Below the pieces are notes generated by a model. The model saw nothing but the letters and a program-made list of their open reading frames with translations, was not told the DNA's origin and did not search any database. Positions 41,354 to 51,975 of a stretch of 64,000 nucleotides of DNA are shown here, in pieces. The position numbers and the translations under genes are program-made. Positions within the stretch are counted from its first letter, which is position 1, and each line of letters opens with the position of its first letter. The DNA is from Nitrospirota bacterium (GTDB taxonomy: Bacteria; Nitrospirota; UBA9217): positions 64,001-128,000 of the forward strand of contig CAVUHW010000022.1 in the NCBI GenBank assembly GCA_963741205.1. Reading direction: 5' to 3'.

Positions 41354-42326
41354 TGAAGAGCGGAAGCAACCTCGAAAAAGTCATTGCGAGCGGCAAGCCT
41401 GCGGTCACGGCGGAGCTTGGCCCGCCCATGAGCGCCGACCCACATGAAGTAATAAAGAAAGCGCAGATCCTCAAGGGCTTCTGCGACGCTGCGAACATCA
41501 CCGACTGCCAGACTGCGGTCGTCCGGATCTCGAGCATCGCTGCCGCGGCAATCGCATTTCAGCAGGGCCTCGAGCCGGTCATGCAGATGACCTGCCGCGA
41601 CCGGAACCGCATCGCCATGCAGGCCGACCTGTTGGGCGGTGCCGCACTCGGTCTCAAGAACTGTCTCTGCATCGCCGGAGACCATCAGAAATTCAGCGCA
41701 GCGGGCAAGCTCAAGGGCCATCCGGGCGCAAAGAACGTGTACGACGTGGACACGTGCCAGCTCGTCGGGATCATGAAAAAGATGCGCGATGAGGGCAAGC
41801 AGGACGGCGGCGACCCGCTTGGAAGTGGCCCCGAAGTTCTTCATCGGAGCATCTTGGACCCCCATGGCCGATCCGATCGATTTCAGGCCGATCAACCTCA
41901 TGAAAAAGGTAAACGCCGGGGCCGATTTTATCCAGACCCAGGGCATCTACGACATGGAAGGTTTCCGCGCCGCAGATGGCGAAGATCCGGAACATGGGCC
42001 TCCATGAGCGCACTGCGATCCTCGCGGGCATCATCGTGCCGAAGAGCGCCATGATGCTCAAGTACATGGATTCCTCTGTTGCCGGCGTATCCGTGCCGAA
42101 GGCGCTTATCGACCGGATGAACAAGGCGAAAGCGGCAGCCGGGGAAGACAAGAAGAAGGCAAAGGAGCTTCAGGAGCAGGAAGGCATCAAGATCGCGATC
42201 GAACTTATCCACCAGGCATTGGAGACCCCGGGCGTCAAGGGCGTGCATATCCAGGCAATTGAATGGGAGAGCGCTATCGAAGGGATCGTCAAAGCGGCCG
42301 GGCTGTATCCGAGACCGGCGGTGTAA
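41353..42326 (+). CDS. metF: Methylene-THF reductase MetF (frameshifts ~41820, ~41975)
   Basis: TAELGPP, ANITD, MQMTCRDRNRIAMQADLLG, KKVNAGADFIQTQ, GVHIQ. Confidence 0.92.
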
Positions 42327-42370
42327 TTAGGTAGGGCAAGGGTCACGCAGCAAGGGACAAGGGGACCACG

Positions 42371-43170
42371 ATGCCGAAGATCACCATCCTCGATATCTAC
42401 AAGAAAAAGGCCGAAGGCAGGAAGATCACGATGCTTACGGCCTATGACTACCCCACGGCCCAGATCGTTGACCAGGCGGGGATCGACATGATCCTTGTCG
42501 GCGACTCGCTCGGGATGGTTGTCCAGGGCGTGTCGAGTACGCTGCCGGTCACGATGGACGAGATGCTCTATCATACGCGATGGTTTCCCGGGCGGTGCAG
42601 TCCGCCATGGTCGTGGGCGACATGCCTTTTCTTTCTTATCAGACGGATAAGGCCGAAGCTGTCAGGAATGCGGGCCGGTTCCTGAAGGAGGCCGGGGCTG
42701 AAGCAGTGAAGCTCGAAGGCGGAAGTCAGATGGCTGAGGCGATCAATGGCGTCGTCAATGCCGGCATTCCGGTGGTGGCCCATATCGGACTCACGCCGCA
42801 GTATGTGCATATGCTCGGCGGATTCAAGGTCCAGGGAAAGGACGAGGCGGCCCGTGAAAAGATCCTCGCCGACGCGCGGGCTGTGCAGGACGCGGGGGCG
42901 TTCTCCGTCGTGCTCGAGGCGATACCGGCTGATCTCGCCGGGGAGATCAGTAAAATGCTCCATATCCCTACCATCGGGATCGGCGCGGGCGTCGATTGCG
43001 ACGGTCAGGTGCTTGTCCTTCATGATCTCCTGGGCCTGTTCGATCGATTTACGCCCAAGTTCGTGAAGAAATACGCCAACCTGAAGGACCAGGCGCTGAA
43101 AGCCGTAAAGGAATACAAGCAGGAAGTTGAGTCCGGAAGCTTCCCATCCCAGGAACACAGCTTTAAATAA
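42371..43170 (+). CDS. panB: Ketopantoate hydroxymethyltransferase (frameshift ~42578)
   Basis: MLTAYD, LVGDSLG, DMPF, VKLEGG, HIGLTPQ, IGIGAG..CDGQVLV. Confidence 0.95.
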
Positions 43171-43216
43171 TAAAAAAATATTTTCGCAGAGTTGCTTTAT
43201 CGATGAGGAAAATTTC

Positions 43217-43942
43217 ATGTCCCTTTTTTGTTTGCAGGCCAAAAGCATATCGGACGCATGGTTCCAGCTAATCTATAACATTTTTGATCACTCGTACACG
43301 CAGAAAATACAAAAAGGTTCCTTTGAAAAGGAGCAGTACCGGTTGCAGTATTCCGGTCTTGCCGTGTACATAGAGCATCCGTATGAAGATATAATCCCCG
43401 TTATTCCACCGGCGCTGGGCATTCCCTCGCCAACTACCCTGGAATATATCAACGACTATTTTGCAAATTATTTGATGGATCCTGTCTTGGCAGAGAATGA
43501 AACGTATAAATATGCGAGCAGGATTCAGCATCCTATGCCGAAAGGAGGGACGCAACTGGACCGGGCCATTGAGATGTTGAAGGAGACTCCTCTGACGAAT
43601 CAGGCCATCGTGGAGATCGGCTCCCCGGACGACCACGACGTTTGCATCGGCAATGATGGAAAGCTCGACCCTCCATGCCTGAGACTGCTGGATTTTAAAG
43701 CGGTCCCTCAGAATGACGAACTCGTGCTCTCAATCAGTTGTTATTTCCGCTCCTGGGATCTGTGGGCGGGTTTTCCGACGAATCTCGGAGGTTTGGAACT
43801 TCTTAAGAGTTATGTCGCATCTGAAACAGGCTTAAAGAACGGACCCATGTATGCGTACAGCGCGGGCGCCCACATTTACGGATATCAGGAAGAAATCGCG
43901 CGAATACGAACTTTGCGTCAAAAGGAATCACCGAAAAAGTAG
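43217..43942 (+). CDS. thyA: Thymidylate synthase, compact archaeal-like ThyA
   Basis: PPCL catalytic Cys, YFRSWDL..GFPTN, AHIY. Confidence 0.85.
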   Translation: MSLFCLQAKSISDAWFQLIYNIFDHSYTQKIQKGSFEKEQYRLQYSGLAVYIEHPYEDIIPVIPPALGIPSPTTLEYINDYFANYLMDPVLAENETYKYASRIQHPMPKGGTQLDRAIEMLKETPLTNQAIVEIGSPDDHDVCIGNDGKLDPPCLRLLDFKAVPQNDELVLSISCYFRSWDLWAGFPTNLGGLELLKSYVASETGLKNGPMYAYSAGAHIYGYQEEIARIRTLRQKESPKK

Positions 43943-44021
43943 AAAAACAGGGAACACAATTGTTGTATCAATGAAATTTATAAGTTAATTAAAAAATATT
44001 GCCCATACCCGTTCATTTTTC

Positions 44022-44051
44022 TTGACTCACGAGATAAGTGCCCGATATAAT
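44022..44051 (+). promoter_or_regulatory. Sigma-70 promoter upstream of cooC2
   Basis: TTGACT-N18-TATAAT. Confidence 0.55.
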
Positions 44052-44223
44052 ATAATTCTTTTTATTATGCTTTTTTCTACCCTTTGACCGGCCTTATCAG
44101 GGCCGAGGGGCGGTTTAGGACCTGGGCAAGACCGCAGAGGCCAGAACAGAATACGGAATCAGGAAAAATCAAGTTCAAAGCTCAAAGTTCGAACGGCTTT
44201 GGCCTTGCTCTGTTAGAGGAAAC

Positions 44224-44994
44224 ATGGGTTTTACGATCGCAGTTGCCGGCAAGGGCGGTACGGGCAAGACCAGCCTGTGCGGCCTTACCATTCGATATTT
44301 GACAGAAAAGAAGAAGGGCGCCGTTCTCGCTGTCGACGCCGACGCGAACGCGAACCTGAACGACGTTCTGGGCATCAGGATCCATGCCACGGTAGGAAAA
44401 CTGCGGGAAACCTCCCTGGAGGCGATCAAGTCCACGGCCCCCCGTCCTGGCGGCATGAGCATGGAGCAGCTCTTCGACTACCAGATCCAGCACGCACTGG
44501 CGGAGTCTCGGGGCTTCGATCTCCTGACGATGGGCAGGCCCGAAGGCGCGGGTTGCTATTGCGCGGCGAACAACATCATTCGCAAGTACATGGACAAACT
44601 GGCCGACTCGTACCCCTTTACGGTCATGGACAACGAGGCCGGCCTGGAGCACCTGTCGCGCCGGACGACGCAGGACACGGACCTGCTCATGATCATCAGC
44701 GATTCGTCGGTGCGGGGGGTGATGACCGCCGGCAGGATCGGCGAACTCGTCAAGGAACTGAACCTGAATGTCAAGCGGTCGGTCCTGATCGTGAATCGCG
44801 TGCAGGACGGCACGAGCGAGGACCCTACGCTCCTCGCGACGATCGGCCGGCAGGGCGTCGAGTTCGCGGGATTTGTTCCCGCCGACGAATTGATCTTTGA
44901 TTACGATTTAAACGCCAAGCCTCTCGTCCAGCTTCCCGCTGATTCAAAGGCGCTGACGGCGTTTTACCGCATCCTGGACAAACTGATTCCGTGA
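44224..44994 (+). CDS. acsF: Second CooC/AcsF ATPase (ACS maturation type)
   Basis: GKGGTGKT, MGRPEGAGCYCAAN, DNEAGLEHLSR. Confidence 0.88.
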   Translation: MGFTIAVAGKGGTGKTSLCGLTIRYLTEKKKGAVLAVDADANANLNDVLGIRIHATVGKLRETSLEAIKSTAPRPGGMSMEQLFDYQIQHALAESRGFDLLTMGRPEGAGCYCAANNIIRKYMDKLADSYPFTVMDNEAGLEHLSRRTTQDTDLLMIISDSSVRGVMTAGRIGELVKELNLNVKRSVLIVNRVQDGTSEDPTLLATIGRQGVEFAGFVPADELIFDYDLNAKPLVQLPADSKALTAFYRILDKLIP

Positions 44995-45068
44995 AGGTAG
45001 CCGCACCCTTGAGGGCGCGCTTCAGTAACGCCCCGCAAACGCGGGATGTCTGCCATATCGGTCATACC

Positions 45069-45959
45069 ATGACGAAAAAAGCGGTCGCCATCATAGGCGC
45101 CGGCAGCGTCGGCAGTTCAGTGGGCTGTCTGCTGTCCAGGGCGGGATACCGCATCACTTCCGTGGTGACGCGTTCGATAGCTTCGGCGTCGATAGCCGCG
45201 GGATTCATCGGCGCGGGGGAGCCGACGACGAATGTGAAGACTGCGGTTTCCGGCGCGGAAATCGTGTTTATCACGACGCCTGATCGGGCGATAAAGGAAG
45301 TTTGCCAGGCGGTTGCGCAGAGCGGCGGCCTCGCGTCCGGGACCGTGGTGGTCCACATGTCCGGCGCCCATACGCTTGATCTCCTTGACGCGGCGAGAGC
45401 AGTCGGCGCGTCCCGCGCCGTCCTGCATCCACTGCAGTCGGTGCCGAGCAGGCAGCAAGGGCTGCAAAACCTGCCCGGCTCATCATTCCGTGTCGAAGCG
45501 GATCCGGAAGCGGAAGGGGTTGCGAAAGAGCTTGTCACGGCTCTCGGCGGCCATGAACTGAAGATGTCTAAGTGGCGCTCGGACCGCAATTCCGCAGCAT
45601 TGTACCATGCGGGGGCTGTCGCGGTTTCCAACTACTTTGTGGCGGTGGTCGCGTTCGGACTCGAGTTTTATGAAGCACTCGGTGCAGACCGCCGCGAGGC
45701 GCTCAAAGCGGTGCTCCCGCTCATCAGGGGAACACTCGATAATATTGAGTCAATCGGCGTTCCCCGGGCGCTGACCGGTCCGATCGACCGGGGAGACATC
45801 GAGACGATTCGCGAACACCTGGATGCCATGCGTCAGCGGGCGCCCGAACTTTTACCTCTGTACCGAGCCCTGGCCAGGCAGACCGTTGCCGTCGCCAGAG
45901 ACAAGGGCGGCATCACCAAGGCCACGGCAGAGAAAATCCTGGAGTTGGTGCAGGATTGA
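45069..45959 (+). CDS. panG: Rossmann-like + DUF2520 protein, probable ketopantoate reductase PanG
   Basis: IIGAGSVG, HMSGA, LHPLQS, YHAGAVAVSN, LTGPIDRGD; clustered with panB. Confidence 0.75.
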   Translation: MTKKAVAIIGAGSVGSSVGCLLSRAGYRITSVVTRSIASASIAAGFIGAGEPTTNVKTAVSGAEIVFITTPDRAIKEVCQAVAQSGGLASGTVVVHMSGAHTLDLLDAARAVGASRAVLHPLQSVPSRQQGLQNLPGSSFRVEADPEAEGVAKELVTALGGHELKMSKWRSDRNSAALYHAGAVAVSNYFVAVVAFGLEFYEALGADRREALKAVLPLIRGTLDNIESIGVPRALTGPIDRGDIETIREHLDAMRQRAPELLPLYRALARQTVAVARDKGGITKATAEKILELVQD

Positions 45960-46096
45960 TTTTACATCCGGAATTACGATTCCGGACCTGACCGACGGCA
46001 CGGAACGGCAATGACGGTCCGGCCCTGTATTTGAGCAGTCGGCCCTGTCAGACATTCAGTTTACCTTGATGCATGCGAAAGGAGATGGATTGAACT

Positions 46097-46885
46097 ATGA
46101 TTATCATCGGAGAAAAAATCAGTGTTATCGCAAAGAAGGTGCGCGAGGCCCTTACAAAGTTTGACCCGAAGCCTCTCCAGGAACTTGCTGTGGCACAGGA
46201 CAAGGCCGGGGCTCATTTTATTGACATTTCCATCGGCCCCGCCGAAGATAACGGTCCCAAGCTTATGGATTGGGCGGTGAGAGTCCTGCAGGAAGTCGTG
46301 CAGAAGCCCCTCTGCCTTGACACGACGAATATCAAGGCCATGGAAGCAGGGCTCAAGGCGCACAACAACGCGTGGGGCGTGCCGATCATCAACTCCACGT
46401 CCAATGAGCCGGAGCGTTTTCCCATGATGGAGCTTGCCGGCAAGTACAACGCAAAGATCATCGCGCTTACCCTGGGCAAGGGCAGCATCCCGGCAGATGC
46501 CGAGGACCGCTGTGGAATTGCAGCCGAAATCATGGCCCGCGCCATGGAGCACGGCGTGCCCCTGGAGAACCTCTTCCTTGATCCGCTCATCCTCCAGCTC
46601 GCAACCATGCAGGACCAGGGTCTTCAGGCCATCCGTGCGGTCAAAATGTTCCAGCAGCTGAACGATCCCCCGATGCAGACCGTGGTCGGCCTTTCGAATA
46701 TTTCAAACGGCGCGCCCAAGCATGTTCGTCCGATCATCAACCGGAACTTTCTCACCATGCTGATCTATGAGGGGCTGACGGCCGCCATCATCGATCCGCT
46801 CGACAAGGATATGATGGACACCGTCAAAACCACAGAGATGATCATGGGTAAGACGATGTACGCACATTCGTATCTGGATATGTAA
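46097..46885 (+). CDS. acsE: Methyl-THF:corrinoid Fe-S protein methyltransferase
   Basis: MIIIGEKI, LCLDTT, IINS, FLDP, GLSNISNG, AIIDP; upstream of acsDCB. Confidence 0.92.
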   Translation: MIIIGEKISVIAKKVREALTKFDPKPLQELAVAQDKAGAHFIDISIGPAEDNGPKLMDWAVRVLQEVVQKPLCLDTTNIKAMEAGLKAHNNAWGVPIINSTSNEPERFPMMELAGKYNAKIIALTLGKGSIPADAEDRCGIAAEIMARAMEHGVPLENLFLDPLILQLATMQDQGLQAIRAVKMFQQLNDPPMQTVVGLSNISNGAPKHVRPIINRNFLTMLIYEGLTAAIIDPLDKDMMDTVKTTEMIMGKTMYAHSYLDM

Positions 46886-46985
46886 TATATTTTAGCGTTT
46901 CCGGTTCGGTATGAATATAGACTTCCCTGCAACTATAGTATGGGCTTTAGTAGATATAAAATGTAGCAAAAATTGAATTTATTTC

Positions 46986-47024
46986 TTGCCCCAAACACTA
47001 GATTTTGTTACTATACGTAACAAA
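46986..47024 (+). promoter_or_regulatory. Internal sigma-70 promoter for acsDCB with an overlapping palindromic operator
   Basis: TTGCCC-N17-TACTAT with extended TG; TTTGTTAC-tatac-GTAACAAA over the -10 and TSS. Confidence 0.6.
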
Positions 47025-47042
47025 TTTTTGAGGAGGCTTTTC

Positions 47043-47984
47043 ATGGCACTCACCATACCGAAAGAATCATACAGCGGCAAGATCTACAGCGTAACGATCG
47101 GCAGCGGCGCAAAGGCAGTGACCATCGGCGGGGCGAGCGCCCTTCCCTTTCTCGGCTTCGAGGGCACGTTTCCAAACAAGCCGGCCGTGGCGCTTGAAAT
47201 CATGGACATCACTCCCGATGACTGGCCCGAGACCCTGAGAAAAGCCATCGGCGGCGCATCGGCCAGCCCGGTCGCATGGGCAAAATTCTGCCAGCAGAGC
47301 GGTGCCGACATGGTGGCGCTCCGCCTCATGGGAACGCACCCCGACCAGAAGAACAGGAGCGCCGAAGAAGGCGCCAAAACAGCGGCTGAGGTCGCGGCGG
47401 CGATAGACATCCCGCTCCTCATCCTCGGCTGCGGGCAGGCGGAAAAGGACACGCAGGTGCTCCAGGCGGCCGCCGCAGCGACGCGCGGAAAGAACTGCGC
47501 AATCGGCAAGGCCGTCGAGGAAAACTATAAGACCGTGGCCGCAGCCGCGATGGCGAACGATCACAAGTTGATCGCCATGAGCCAGCTCGACGTGAACCTG
47601 GCCAAGCAGCTCAACATCCTGCTCACCCAGATGGGATTCGACAAAGAGCGGATCATTATGGACCCCATGTCTTCGGCCCTCGGTTACGGGCTTGAATATA
47701 CCTACAGCGTGATGGAGCGCATCCGCCTGGCCGCGCTCCTGCAGAACGATCCCATGATGCAGACCCCGATCATCTGCGACATCGGCGCGAACGTCTGGAA
47801 GGTCAAGGAGACGATGGCGCTGGAGGCCGAATTGCCGGAGTGGGGCGGCCTCGAAGACCGCGCCCTGGCCTGGGAGGCGGTGACCGCCTCGGCGATGGTG
47901 ACCGCCGGAGCCGATATGCTGATCATGCGGCACCCCGGCGCCGCGGCAAAGGCAAAGGAAGTCATCGCCGAATTGATGGGGTAG
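47043..47984 (+). CDS. acsD: Corrinoid Fe-S protein small subunit
   Basis: LPFLGFEG, DVNLAKQLN, MDP...ALGYGLEYTYSVMERIR, MRHP. Confidence 0.95.
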   Translation: MALTIPKESYSGKIYSVTIGSGAKAVTIGGASALPFLGFEGTFPNKPAVALEIMDITPDDWPETLRKAIGGASASPVAWAKFCQQSGADMVALRLMGTHPDQKNRSAEEGAKTAAEVAAAIDIPLLILGCGQAEKDTQVLQAAAAATRGKNCAIGKAVEENYKTVAAAAMANDHKLIAMSQLDVNLAKQLNILLTQMGFDKERIIMDPMSSALGYGLEYTYSVMERIRLAALLQNDPMMQTPIICDIGANVWKVKETMALEAELPEWGGLEDRALAWEAVTASAMVTAGADMLIMRHPGAAAKAKEVIAELMG

Positions 47985-48001
47985 CACCGCGCGGAGCGCG
48001 G

Positions 48002-48093
48002 ATTGAAAATTGAAAAACGAAAACTGAAAATTGGAAAATGCCGTGCATGACAATTTGAAATCTAAAATTTCCAATCTTCAATTTCCAATTCTT
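48002..48093. repeat. Inverted heptamer tandem repeat element (ATTGAAA / AATTTCC)
   Basis: attgaaa attgaaa aacgaaa actgaaa attggaa ... aatttga aatctaa aatttcc aatcttc aatttcc. Confidence 0.65.
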
Positions 48094-48120
48094 TAAAGGT
48101 CTTTCCGAAAGGAGTTACTA

Positions 48121-49464
48121 ATGGCACTCTCCGGCGTTGAAATATTCAAACATCTTCCGAAAACCAACTGCAAGAAGTGCGGTCACCCGACCTGCCTCGC
48201 CTTTGCCATGAAGCTGGCCGCCAAGCAGGCGAGCCTCGATGCCTGTCCGGACGCGTCCGATGACGCAAAGAAGATCCTGGGCGAGTCCGCCGCCCCGCCG
48301 ATCCGTGGCATCACGCTGGGCACCGGCGCCAAGGCCGTGAAGGTGGGCGACGAGATCTGCATGTTCCGCCACGAAAAGAAATTTTTCAACCCGAACGCGT
48401 TCGCCGTTGCAATCAAGGCCTCCGAGGCCGGCGACGCCGCCGCCAGGAAGATCGAGGCGGTCAAGACCTCCGAGATAGACCGGGTCGGCCAGAAGCTCCG
48501 CGTCGACGCCATAGCGGTGACCGATGAGGGGGGCGACGCGGCGAAGTTCGCCTCCGTCGTGAAGCAGGTCGTGGACGGTGCGCCGGGCGTGCCTGTCATC
48601 CTCGTCAGCAAGAATCCCGCTACCATCGAGGCCGGGATCGCGCACTGCGCCGACAAGAAACCGCTCATCTATGCTGCGACCGCCGAGAACGCCGAGGCCA
48701 TGGCGAAGATCGCGAAGGAGAAGAAGGCCTCTCTCGCCGTCGCTGCCGACGGGCTCGACGCGCTTACGGCGCTCTCCGAAAAGGTGAAAGGCATGGGCGT
48801 GGACGACCTCGTCCTCGATTCCGGCGCGCGCAAGGCCAAGGACATGATCGAGCATTACACGATCATCCGCCGCGCCGCCATCAAGAAGAACTTCAAGCCC
48901 CTGGGCTACCCGATCATCAGTTTCGCGGGGCGCGAGGATTCCGTTGCCGAGGCCATGGCCGCCGCCATCGGTACGATGAAATACGCGTCCATCATCATCG
49001 TGAACAACGTGGAGAAGTGGAAGATGCTCGCGCTCCTGTCGCTCAGGCAGAACATCTATACCGACCCGCAGGTGCCGATGCAGGTCGCGCAGAACGTCTA
49101 CAAGGTGGGCGAGGCCAAGGAAAACTCGCCGCTGCTCATCACCACGAACTTCTCGCTCTCCTACTTCATCGTGCGCGGCGAGGTGGAGAACAGCAAGGTG
49201 CCGTCGTGGCTCGCGGTCATGGACAACGAGGGCCTTTCGGTCCTGACGGCGTGGGCCGCCGGAAAGTTCACGGCGAGCAAGATCGCCCAGTTCATCACCG
49301 AGAGCGGCGTGGACAAGAACGTGAACCACAAGGAGCTCATCATCCCCGGCTACGTCGCCGTGCTGTCCGGCGCGCTGGAAGAGAAGCTCCCGGGCTGGAA
49401 GATCACCGTCGGCCCGCGCGAAGCGAACCGGCTCCCGACCTTTTTAAAGGCGAGAGCGCAGTAG
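48121..49464 (+). CDS. acsC: Corrinoid Fe-S protein large subunit
   Basis: LPKTNCKKCGHPTCLAFA, FRHEK, RQNIYTDPQ, TTNFSLSYF, GLSVLTAWAAGKF. Confidence 0.96.
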   Translation: MALSGVEIFKHLPKTNCKKCGHPTCLAFAMKLAAKQASLDACPDASDDAKKILGESAAPPIRGITLGTGAKAVKVGDEICMFRHEKKFFNPNAFAVAIKASEAGDAAARKIEAVKTSEIDRVGQKLRVDAIAVTDEGGDAAKFASVVKQVVDGAPGVPVILVSKNPATIEAGIAHCADKKPLIYAATAENAEAMAKIAKEKKASLAVAADGLDALTALSEKVKGMGVDDLVLDSGARKAKDMIEHYTIIRRAAIKKNFKPLGYPIISFAGREDSVAEAMAAAIGTMKYASIIIVNNVEKWKMLALLSLRQNIYTDPQVPMQVAQNVYKVGEAKENSPLLITTNFSLSYFIVRGEVENSKVPSWLAVMDNEGLSVLTAWAAGKFTASKIAQFITESGVDKNVNHKELIIPGYVAVLSGALEEKLPGWKITVGPREANRLPTFLKARAQ

Positions 49465-49596
49465 TGATGGAAATTGGAATTTTTCTACCCGGAATACGAA
49501 GCAAATTCAAATATCCGATACTCTGATTGATGGTTCGATATTCTCCTTGATCGAGGATTTCGAAATTAGAGCTCAGGATTTATAAAGGAGCAAACA

Positions 49597-51804
49597 ATGT
49601 CGAAACTTATTGCCAGCGGGGCCATTCTGGGCTCCCACTACTACGTCAAGCAGGCCGAGGCCCTCGTCGAGAAGGCCATTTCAGAGAAGGGCGCGGATTT
49701 CAAGTTCGAGTTTCCCGATACAGGCATACTTTCTGCCGCAACTGTTCGCCATGACGGGCTTTGAGGTCCGGACCCTGGGCGACATGAAGACCGCCCTCGG
49801 GCAGCAGGTGAAGCCGCTCCTCACCGAGGCGCCGGAAGATCACCTCTACAAGCCCTACCTGGGCGAGGCCCTCGACGCCGGCATGGCGGCCCTGTTCGCC
49901 CAGGAAATGATCATGGCCATTCGCTACATTTACGGCCAGGAGCCGGTCAAGGACGATTCCATCGGACTGACCTACAACGGCTTCATCTCCGACACGATCC
50001 TCCGGAACCTGGGCGTGCAGCTCGTGGACGGCTCCATGCCGGGATACGTCTGCATCATCGGCGCGGCGAACAACGATGACCAGGCCTTCGAGATCGCCCG
50101 TGAACTCCAGCAGAAGAACATCCTTACCCTCATGTGCGGCAACGTCAACGGCGACAGCATGACCAAGCAGCTGCTCCGCAAGGGCGTCCAGCTCGGCTGG
50201 GACACCCGCCTCGTTCCCCTCGGACCGGAAGTGGAGCACGCTATCTATGCCCTGAACTGGGCGGCCCGCGCGGGAATCACCTTCGGCGGCATGAAGGGCG
50301 GGGACTTCAAGAGGATCCTGAAATACTCCAAGGACAAGGTGTTCGCCTTCGCCATGGTGCTGGGCCCGCTCAACGACCGCATCTGGACAACGGGCGCGGG
50401 CGCGATCAACATGGGTTTCCCGGCGATCGCGAACACGGACATCCCGACCATCCATCCCACCGGCGTCACGATCTACGAAGAAGTGGCCAAGGAGCTCGAC
50501 CCGAAGAAGATCGTCGAGAAGTGCATCGAGGTGCGCGGCCTCAAGATCACGGTCTCGAAGCCGCCGATCCCCGTGGCCTTCGGCCCGGCCTTCGAAGGCG
50601 AGCGCATCCGCAAGGAGGACATGCACATCGAGTTCGGCGGCCAGCGAACGCCGGCCTTCGAGTGGCTCCACACCGCGGACCTGGACAAGGTCGAAGACGG
50701 CAAGGTCACGATCGTCGGCACCGACGCCGAGGCCCGGTACCAGAAGGGCGGCCAGATGCCCCTGGGCATCGCTGATCGAGGTTGCCGGCCGCAAGATGCA
50801 GAAGGACTTCGAGCCGGTGCTCGAGCGCAAGATCCACCACTTCGTCAACGAAGCGCAGGGCATCTGGCACATGGGCCAGCGCGACCAGAACTGGCTCCGC
50901 GTCAGCATCAAGGCGCGCTCAAGGAAGGGTTCGTGCTGCGGCACTTCGGCGACATCCTCACGACCCAGCTCAAGCACAAGTTCAACAATATCGTGGACAA
51001 GGTCCAGGTGACCCTCTACGTGGACGACGCCGACGTGAAGGCGAAGCTCGAGGAAGCCCGCAAAGGCCTATCTCGAGCGCGATGTCCGGCTGGCGACCAT
51101 GACCGACGAGTCCGTGGACACGTTCTACTCCTGCATCCTCTGCCAGAGCTTCGCCCCGAACCATGTATGCGTGGTCTCGCCGGAACGCCTCGGTCTCTGC
51201 GGCGCCTACAACTGGCTGGATGCCAAGGCGGCCTTCGAGATAGACCCGAACGGCGCGAACCAGCCGGTCCTGAAGGGCGAGACCCTGGACGCGGTCAAGG
51301 GGCGCTGGACAGGCGTGGACGAATATGTGTACAAGAACTCGCACCAGGCGCTCGAATACTTCAACGCCTACAGCATCATGGACGCGCCCATGACCTCCTG
51401 CGGCTGCTTCGAGTGCATCGTGGCCATCGTGCCCGAGGCGAACGGCGTGATGATCGTGAACCGCGGCTACACGGGCATGACGCCGATCGGCATGAAGTTC
51501 TCGACCCTCGCCGGCACCGTGGGCGGCGGCGCGCAGACGCCCGGGCTTCATGGGCATCGGACGGTACTTCCTGACCAGCAAAAAGTTCCTCTCGGCGGAC
51601 GGCGGGTTCAAGCGCATCGTCTGGATGACCAAGAACCTGAAGGAATCCTTTGCCGAGCAGTTCAAGCAGCGCGGCGAGGAGGAAGGCGTCCCGGACCTGC
51701 TCGACAAGATCGCGGACGAGACAGTGGCGGAAGATGCCGAGAAGCTGGTGGCGTTCCTCACGGAAAAGGGCCATCCGGCGCTCACCATGGACCCGATGTT
51801 CTAA
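49597..51804 (+). CDS. acsB: Acetyl-CoA synthase (about 5 frameshifts)
   Basis: GPAFEGERIR, DFEPVLER, HMGQRD, YSCILCQSFAPNHVC, PMTSCGCFE; AAGGAG RBS before ATG 49597. Confidence 0.93.
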
Positions 51805-51828
51805 AACCCGAAAACTGGTAGCGTAACG

Positions 51829-51850
51829 ATGCGCCCCTTCGGGGGCGCAT
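51829..51850 (+). other. Stable cUUCGg hairpin after acsB without a U-tract (possible mRNA stabiliser or processing site)
   Basis: ATGCGCCCC-TTCG-GGGGCGCAT. Confidence 0.5.
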
Positions 51851-51975
51851 AACTTCCCGAAGGCCGGAAATGTGCTGGTAGTTGCTTGCACCACGACCAC
51901 GATGGGGAAAGGCTCAGACTTGGCTGCCGGAATTCATAGAAGGCGGCCATTTTTGTCTCAAGAGGATTTATAACT

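Noticed and set aside
45967-45986. Hairpin TCCGGAAT-TACG-ATTCCGGA after panG as a terminator
   Set aside because: No U-tract and it lies inside a co-directional run; its function cannot be supported.
48002-48093. Repeat arrays as CRISPR
   Set aside because: 7-nt degenerate tandem units without unique spacers; no cas genes.
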